Below, in pieces: positions 56,020 to 64,000 of a stretch of DNA of 64,000 nucleotides. The position numbers were made by a program, and so were the translations under genes. Where the stretch lies: the NCBI GenBank assembly GCA_000165425.1, contig CT868038.1:124001-188000 (forward strand), read 5' to 3'. Under the pieces are notes generated by a model, which worked only from the letters and a program-made list of their open reading frames with translations, was not told the origin of the DNA and ran no database searches. Position 1 is the stretch's first letter. Each line of letters begins with the position of its first letter. Source of the DNA: Paramecium tetraurelia. Taxonomy: Eukaryota.

Positions 56020-57553
56020 ATGAAGAAGAAAATGTAGAAGATGCACAGACACAAATTATTATATGAGGATGTTTTGAAATAAGTGGAGAAGGAGGATGTA
56101 TTCATAATTATAAGTATTAAAGGTGGCGTTTTTTAGCAAGTGCACGAAATTCAGAGATTAAGCACCACATCCAATCACCTTGGATAGGGCTCTGCAATTC
56201 CTGTGGTTAAAAGAGCAGGTAAAAGATGCTTAATTAAAAGGGTTTCAGAAGATTGATAGAAAGATAGCATTGCAATTTGGATAGAGGAGGGTGTGTAAAA
56301 TAGACTCTACTATGAAACATGATGGACCGTCGAGTGCCCGTATTATAAAGACATCCAAGATTGATTAGGGGATGATCAACGGTTGGCACAATGGTGCTGG
56401 AGATTCTAAATTCGACTTGGGTCCACAGTATAACATAAAGAAACTGGAGAAAAACGAAGAGGAAATTGAGTATGAAGAATTAATAAAGTAAGAACAACAG
56501 AGTCCAAGCGAATACAAGATCAAGCTCAATCATCAGGATCTATACAATAATGATATAAGTGAGAAATATGCATTCAGTAACATGGACACCAAATAATTGT
56601 TATAAAAATTAAATGAACTAAAATAAATCAATAAGTAAAAGAATGAGTAGCCTTAAGACTATGTGGAAGTGGAAGGCTAACGGTTTTACCATGTCCTAAG
56701 TGATATAGAGGATTACCTGGATAAGAAGGTGGACAATAAAACATTGATACAAGAAATGAGAGCATTCTAAACATTTTACCCAATCAAAAGAAAATTGCAA
56801 ATCAAATAATTAAATCCTGGAGATCCTCTGTGTTTAGGAACTGAATCCTAAACTGATGGTGCTTAGAAATCCACTTCCTCTCGATTATTTGATAGAAAGA
56901 GAACTTTTACAAATATGAAATGCGAACTATTCAATACGAATAATTACGTGTTCCATGTTAGAGAAGTGCCTAATATTGGTTAATAATTGAGGAGAAATCA
57001 CTTCTCCCAATTGATAGAAGAGTTGAGAGAAAATGGAATGAGAACGCCTAGGGAAATCCATGAGGTGTCTCCTGAAAATTCAATTAAGGCATCTCAGATA
57101 GAATCAAGTGAGAATGATACTAAATAGATAAGGAAATTTTATTTGAAGTTCCCGAAATAAAAAGGAGAATCAAGTCAAACGACTTCTAGGACAAAAAGTC
57201 AAAGATTCGGAACTTTGTAGTCTTAATTATCCCATTAGTATCCTCAATAACCTTAGAAGGCATCTATGAGCAATTTATATGGCAGTAGCACAGAAATACG
57301 ATTGGAGAGTCCTGGGAAGAGTAAGAATAGATTAGATTCCAGAATCGATAGGTATGTAAAATAGTATTTAAAGAACTAAAATACTATTTAATAAAATTAA
57401 AATGTTGATATGACAGTATTAAGGGAGAAATATAAAGTAATGTTTCGATTTATTATTAAGTCTTTGAAAACTGAAAGGGAGAAGGAGATTACTAGGATGT
57501 ATAAAAGTTAGTAAATTGAAGGGATTAATAATAAAACTGTTCATTTATAGTGA
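56020..57553 (+). CDS. Hypothetical protein
   Basis: ATG 56020 MKKKMQKMHRHKLLYEDVLKQVEKED...; long open frame to TGA 57551. Confidence 0.65.
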
Positions 57554-57587
57554 ATTGATATTACTCTACTTTTATAAATATATATTC

Positions 57588-58438
57588 ATGAAATTTTTGG
57601 TCGTTCTATTAGCCTTGGCTGCAGCATTTGACTACGATGAGAGTTTGGCCAGTCAATTGACAGCGTTCTCTTTTGGAGCCTATTGTGAAATTGAGGACAT
57701 AAATAATTGGAATACAGGTGCAATTAGTGAATAGTATCCTCACTTGACCAAAGTCTAGGTTTTCGAAAACGTTGATATGGTAGTTTCGAGATTTTATGTT
57801 AGAAAACAAGAGGATACATAGCATACAACTCATAAACATAGGCCATCACCGTAGTATTCAGAGGATCGGACAACATAAAGAATTTCATCGCCGATATTGA
57901 TACCAAGAAAACCAATTTCAATACAGCTTGCAGATGCCAAGTACATGAGGGCTTTTTGGCAGCATACTCATCACTCAAAATACATTTGGATGGATTACTT
58001 GGTGAATATAGGGTTAAATATCCATATGCTAAATTCCATGTGACAGGTCATTCACTAGGAGGTGCCATGGCTACCTTATTTGCCAGTGAATTGGCTATGA
58101 CTGGAGTCAAGGTGACTCTGGTTACTGTTGGTGCTCCAAGGGTAGGTGATACTGATTTTTATGATTGGTTTACTAAGCTATAAGTGACCCATACAAGATT
58201 AACGAACAAGAAGGACATTGCTCCTCATCTACCCCCATTCAGATTTGGTTTCGAACACGTGAACACTGAGGTTTGGTATTATGACGGAGTTTCTTATGTA
58301 ATTTGTGCAGAAGTCAAAGGAGAAGATCAAACCTGTTCAGTTTCTGCCACAAGAACAAACTTGAATGACCATCATTCCTATTTGGGTTGGTCGCAAAGTT
58401 CTTGCAATCCTGAACCTGTGAAGCAAATTTCAGAATGA
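57588..58438 (+). CDS. Secreted class 3 lipase
   Basis: Signal peptide, VVFRGS, VHEGF, VTGHSLGGA, GAPRVG, KDIAPHLP, DHHSY; one 23-nt intron. Confidence 0.95.
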
Positions 58439-58619
58439 TTTTATAATGACATCATTTATCAATGTTCAAGATCTCAATAATATTCAAATCAAATTTCTTT
58501 ATTTGAGATTATTAGACATATTATTAATTAAAAGATCTTTTTCTCGAGTTTTCTAATTAAATGTAATACATAAGTATAGGATTTGAAATAATTTTGCAAT
58601 AATAAAATAATAAAATCTA

Positions 58620-59478
58620 ATGAGATCATCAGCTTTGATTTTAGTTGTTTTGGCAGCAACTGTCAGTGCAACATTCATCTATAATGAAGATTTGGCTAAA
58701 GAAGAGGCTGCTCTCTCATTCGCTGCTTATTGCCCTAATTCAGCTATCAATAATTGGAAGTTGGGCTACGTGAGTGGAAATTACCCAAATATTTAAAATC
58801 CTCAAGTGTTTGAAGATATCATTTAAGTAAGAAAGTACACATTATTCTTAGGGAACAAAAGGATACATCGCCTTCAATCCCACCTACAATGCCATCACAG
58901 TTGTCTTCAGAGGTTCAAGCAACATCTAAAACTGGTTGGACAACATCCAATTCGATAAGGTTGATTATAATGATGCCTGCAAATGCTAAGTTCACAAGGG
59001 ATTCCTTGAGGCCTTCAACTCCGTTAAGCCATAACTTGACACTCTCTTCGCCAAATATAGAAACATGTACCCAAATGCCGTCATTCATGTAACCGGTCAT
59101 TCTTTGGGAGCTGCTATGGCTACTCTTTATGCTACCCAATTGGCAATCGCTGGAAACTCACTCCAATTGACTACTTTCGGATTACCAAGAGTTGGTGACA
59201 AGGCCTATTATGATTACTTCTCCTCATTCACCAAAGTGACCCATTTCAGAGTTGTTCATGAGAAGGATGCTGTGCCACACGTAACCTCATTCATTTAAAC
59301 TTAGGTTCCCCCATAAAGCTTTGGATTCAACCACGTTGACAGAGAAATCTGGTACCACAGAGCTTCATACACCGTATGCTAATTGGACGAAGATCCCAAC
59401 TGCTCAGACTCAGTTCTTATTCCATCAGTCGCTGATCACAGCTTTTACATGGGATGGAGTTCATCAGTTGATTGTTGA
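58620..59478 (+). CDS. Secreted class 3 lipase (tandem paralogue)
   Basis: Signal peptide, VVFRGS, VHKGF, VTGHSLGAA, FGLPRVG, KDAVPHVP, DHSFY; two introns. Confidence 0.95.
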
Positions 59479-59571
59479 TTTTTAACATCAGAATACAATT
59501 AATAAAGATATCATTCTATATAAACTTCTCATTTCGAACTAGAATTAAGGACACATTATTTTAATTTGTTC

Positions 59572-60399
59572 ATGGATTTGAATGAAGAAAACATAGTCCA
59601 AATATTGGGGGAGTTCTTGGCTTCAGATGGTCTTCAATACTATACTTAGCTCTAAGAAATATTCTCGTGTTTATCGGATGAAGATTGTGATCATTTATTT
59701 TTTGATTTCATTCTGGGATTTCTAAAGAGTGAACCACCTTACAAATCATTACAATTGGTACATGCCTTCTTAACAGCAATTTCCTCACCTCAAACCTACA
59801 TTTGTGAATTGATTGAACAATAACATTATGAAATTTTGGCACTTCACTTGTAAATCAATAAATTCAATGACATTCAAATCAAATAGATTGTCTATGATAA
59901 ACTTAAAGAACAATCGACTGATTATAAACTAATATTTTTGCTTCAAAGGTTGTATTTTCTTCTTGATCCAAACAAACAAGATAGCGCAGAATAAATATTT
60001 GCTAATAATTTAAAAATTATCCCTTAAATCTTCTCAACCATTCAGGAAGATACCTTGGTTCAGTATCTCAAAGTTCAATCTCTTTTGGTTCCCTTTTGTA
60101 AGGAGGTTTAGCAATAGAAGTTAATGAAATTGTTGATGCTCATAAAGCAATAGAACAATGGAGTTGGAATTTAATTGCAATGGGCAATATATGAAGTATA
60201 TGAATAGATGGGATGCGATATAGATCCCCCTGAATTGGAAGAAGTTGAAAATAACCAAGCCAAGATCTCATTTAGATTGTACTATGTGAAGTAGAAGTTC
60301 ATGTAAAACGTTAAGCAAATATCTACTTTAATAAGAAGTGTTGAAGATGAACAAAAAGACAATTTTAAACTGTATACTCAGTGGCAATTATAAATATGA
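59572..60399 (+). CDS. Helical hypothetical protein
   Basis: MDLNEENIVQILGEFLASDGLQYY... open to TGA 60397. Confidence 0.7.
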
Positions 60400-60736
60400 T
60401 TAATTACAATTAAATTTACTAATACATATTTTTAAATAATAACCTTGTTAGTTCTATGATATTTAATAGAATAACAAGTAGAATTTATCTTAAGAGAAAT
60501 AGGATAGGATGATTCAAATGACATAATTACAACATCTATTCTTATTATTTGAACAATATATAAGTCTGTTCATAATTATAGTCAAAAAATTATACATCTA
60601 TATTCTCCCTCTCATAATTAGACTGACTCCCTGCTTACAGAAACATATTATATTTTACATATATTTTACTAATCCATACATGTTTATCAATAGTAAAAAT
60701 TAAATTTAATAAATTTATATACCATTAATTTACATA

Positions 60737-61437
60737 ATGAGCAAAAAAATACTAGTGATTACAGATATATCTCGAACTCTTCTATTAGCAGAACGATTAG
60801 GTAAATAGTTGTACTTGGATCGGAGAAGAGAATTAGATAACATAAAACCAAATGACAAATATGAAAATTATAGTATAATCTGGAGACCAGGAAGAGAATT
60901 CTTTCTTGATTCGCTTATGATTAAATATAGAGACAGATTTGATGTTGCAGTATGGTCAAGTTTAGACAGAGACAAGACTGCCGCCTTTGCCAAGTCCTTT
61001 TTTGGAAAACATTTTAGGAATTTACTTTTTGTCAGCACCTGCAATCGTGAATAATATGAAGGTACATAAAAAGAGTATAGCACTGAGCCAATCAGAATTG
61101 ATAGAGATTTATCTTTGATCAACTAGAAATTTTCAAATTATGATCTTCCTAATATAGTGATGGTGAATGTATTCCCCAATCTGATGGAATAACACTCTTG
61201 TATTAATTTTGTAATTATGAAGTTAACGATATCATTCTACCCAAATTTGATCCTCAATATGTTGATGTATAAACAGATGGGTCTCTAGATTTATTGGTGA
61301 AATATTTGAATGGACTCTCAATGTTAATAAATAAACAGAGAGTATAAGATATTAGAACAGCTATAAGGGCAAAACCTATATAGAATATGGACAAGAGAAT
61401 GGAAAATCTACGTAATAAAATGCACGAGTATTTATGA
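60737..61437 (+). CDS. FCP1/NIF (HAD-like) domain protein, degenerate catalytic motif
   Basis: ILVITDISRTLL, WRPGREFFL, FDVAVWSS, RDLSLI..NIVMVN. Confidence 0.75.
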
Positions 61438-61490
61438 TTTATGTATATAAACCTTATTAAATGGGTCTTACATCATTAATAATTAATTAA

Positions 61491-62961
61491 ATGATAATTT
61501 TTGCATTAATCACACTGGTGTTGGCCCAAAATGAAACATTAGTCATAAAGTACCCCTAAGACTTAGCTCAGAGACCTGAGTTGGATAAGATAAAATTTAA
61601 TATTGCAAATTTTGGTTTTGTGCCATATGGATAAAGAATTGCAGGTGTGCTTGAAGTAGCATAACCTTTTAATTTTTGTTAACCAAATTTCAATACTACT
61701 AGTACTTATAATAGTGACTATTCAAATGTTAAGGTACTTCTAGTGTAAAGAGGGAATTGCACATTTTACACCAAGGTATATAATAATGATAATTAGACTA
61801 TCAATGCACAATCGTTTGGCTATTAAATGTTGGTGATTGTGGATGATATGGATGAGGAAATAACAGGATTGAATTTGGTCAGCTTGAATGAAACAAAGGA
61901 AATTGATATTCCAGCAATAATGATTTCCAAAAAGTAGGGTGATATAATAAAATAATATATGGATGCAATTACGAGTGATAGAGTGTATATAGTGGTGAAA
62001 TTTCCAGAGATGATCAAAACTGACAAAGTGAACTACCATTATTGGTTTAGTGCAATGGATAAATCGAGCTATTAGTTCTTGGAATAGTTTTATCCATTCC
62101 ATATGGAAATGAAAGATCAATTACAATTCACTCCACATTATGCTATAGACAGATGTGGGATTTGCAAAAAGAACAATTACAACACTCGCAATTAACAATG
62201 CTTATCTGGAGGTAGATATTGTGCAAGTGACCCTGATGCAGACGGTCCTTTGACTGGTCAAGATGCAGTAAGAGAAATTGTCAGACAATTGTGCATCTTC
62301 AAATAAGACTAGTCCAAATGGTGGAGGTATGTTGTAAGGTACAGCGACATCTGTCTAACTTAAATGTAAGCAAAATAATGCTCAATCGAAGTCATGAAGA
62401 AATTGAACATTAATCCTGAAACTATTCAGTCTTGCTATGACAAAAGCTTTAGTGCTGGCGATGATGAACTCGATGACAACACTTTACTTAGCGAATAGCA
62501 TCAAATCAACCTCAACTACTCTGCCACATCTTGGCCCATCTTATACATCAATGACTTAAAATACAAAGGATCCTTGACTGTCTCTACTTATTCCTATAAT
62601 TATGAAACCGGTGCCTAACAACTGATTGACACATCTCATTTCGGACCTTTATAAACCATCTGCAGAAGTTTCAAAGAGGAATCCCTTCCAAGTGTTTGTA
62701 AATAAAGAATGATCGGATACATAGATGACGGAGTCTGGGTATTGTCTTCTCTCATCTTAGGTTGAACACTCTTAGAGTTCCAGCACATGGGTTATCTGGG
62801 TAGTGGTACTCACTACAATGTTACTCCTGATGATTTGTACTACTTTCCTATACAAGAGAATGTTTAGAAAAGAAGCTAATGAACAAATTAATTAATAAGT
62901 CAACATCCATCTGGCTCAATATTATGCATTGAATGAATAGGAGAAAAGTATGAGAAAGTGA
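61491..62961 (+). CDS. Vacuolar sorting receptor (BP-80/VSR)-like type I membrane protein
   Basis: Signal peptide, IANFGFVPYG, PA domain LVQRGNCTF, QCLSGGRYCASDPD, VREIVRQLCIF..WWRYV, TM helix, tail QYYAL. Confidence 0.88.
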
Positions 62962-62973
62962 TTTCTTATATTA

Positions 62974-64000
62974 TCAATACAATTCAACCATTAATTCATT
63001 GACCAAATCTTCAAAGATGCAATCTGTTATCTCCACCAGTGTCTCTGTCTTATCGTGATATCTCCATTCATATTGATACTCCTCTAACTACACTCTTACT
63101 ATATTTCATACTTCGTTCTTTATGCACAATTAAAGTCTCTCGTTCCTTAATTGCTATAAATAGTCAGAATTCATCAAACTCTGCAGTACTTCCTCATAAT
63201 TTAAACTCGATTATATATTCTCATCATCATCATTTATCAATCCACACAATGTCGATGCATATTGGATCACTTTCTCCTTTGCCTTCTCCAATAACACACT
63301 CGCGTTCTCCTCATTGTACAAAGTAACTATTAAATTGCGATTGAATTCCCAAGGATATGGTTGACCATCACAATAATAGAACGGTCTATATTAATTTAGA
63401 ATCTCATTAAAAGTGTCAAAAATAGCTTTATTATGAATTTACTCATACGGATTACTACTTTGCTTAATCTATGATATTATCATACCTATATTTCTTAGAA
63501 TACACAATCTTAAATTGGAAATTCATATTTTTTGTCTTAGACTATATTATATCCATGAATCTTCCTTATTTTATCATATGGCTATAAACCATATGGGTAA
63601 TTCATCCTCTCTATAAATTGATTTAAATCTTCATCTAATTATAATAGACACCAATCATACTTATGATGCTAACACACAGTAATTCTACAAATAAATTAAC
63701 AGTTCCAACATTTGTCTAGATTTCTAAATTATATGGAGTGGCTTGAAATTCAAAATCCATATCCTTCCTTTTGAAATCCTACTACTAATTTTGTATTGGA
63801 TTATGTAAGTGTAAATCCTAAGACTCTAAATAACTTGAATCGGCAGACATTTATTCTAACTTTATTTGATAGTTTACATAACTATTAAATTACAATTGAA
63901 TTGTTTGATTCTAATTCTTAAATGAGTTTCATATCCTAAATAGTCTTTTGCTGAATTTTATTTGTTACACTTTGCATCTGTTGCAATATTTCTTGACACT
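62974..64000 (-). CDS. DUF4378-domain protein (CEP350/TRM-like C-terminus); 5' end outside window
   Basis: IHNKAIFDTFNE..RPFYY..PYPW...WRYHDKTETLVEITDCIFEDLVNE. Confidence 0.75.

Noticed and set aside
47496..62961. Functional cluster of secretory genes (TMP, lipases, VSR)
   Set aside because: They are interspersed with unrelated genes and nothing suggests co-regulation

Overview
AT-rich, very gene-dense eukaryotic DNA from a ciliate macronuclear genome, almost certainly Paramecium. TAA/TAG read as Gln (PP1 'cat gga tag tat' = HGQY; TTLL 'tgt taa ggt aga ggt' = CQGRG) and only TGA stops. Introns are tiny (about 20-32 nt GT..AG), and a trichocyst matrix protein gene is present. The supplied ORF track uses the wrong genetic code and ignores introns, so I re-translated genes by hand with code 6; boundaries may be off by a few bases or one intron. 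About 47 intact genes are visible, including prohibitin, BPNT1-like, ARP4-like, PP1, gamma-SNAP, a dual-specificity phosphatase, MORN proteins, a DHHC, TTLL6-like, HSBP1, Gemin2, a CAMK-type kinase, SRPK, a CNBD K+ channel, a TMP2-like trichocyst protein, EB1-like, a TALE homeobox, two tandem class-3 lipases, a VSR-like receptor and a DUF4378 protein. Several disrupted or decaying genes lie between them: a response regulator, a cytochrome c-like gene, a K+ channel relic and a frameshifted Tpt1. The most notable observations are a 629-aa protein with four tandem truncated-haemoglobin (2/2 globin) domains, an intact but catalytically degenerate pantothenate kinase resembling apicomplexan PanK2, a motor-less TH1+PH coiled-coil protein, and divergent gene pairs with only 18-35 bp between start codons. 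I found no rRNA, tRNA, CRISPR array or transposon.
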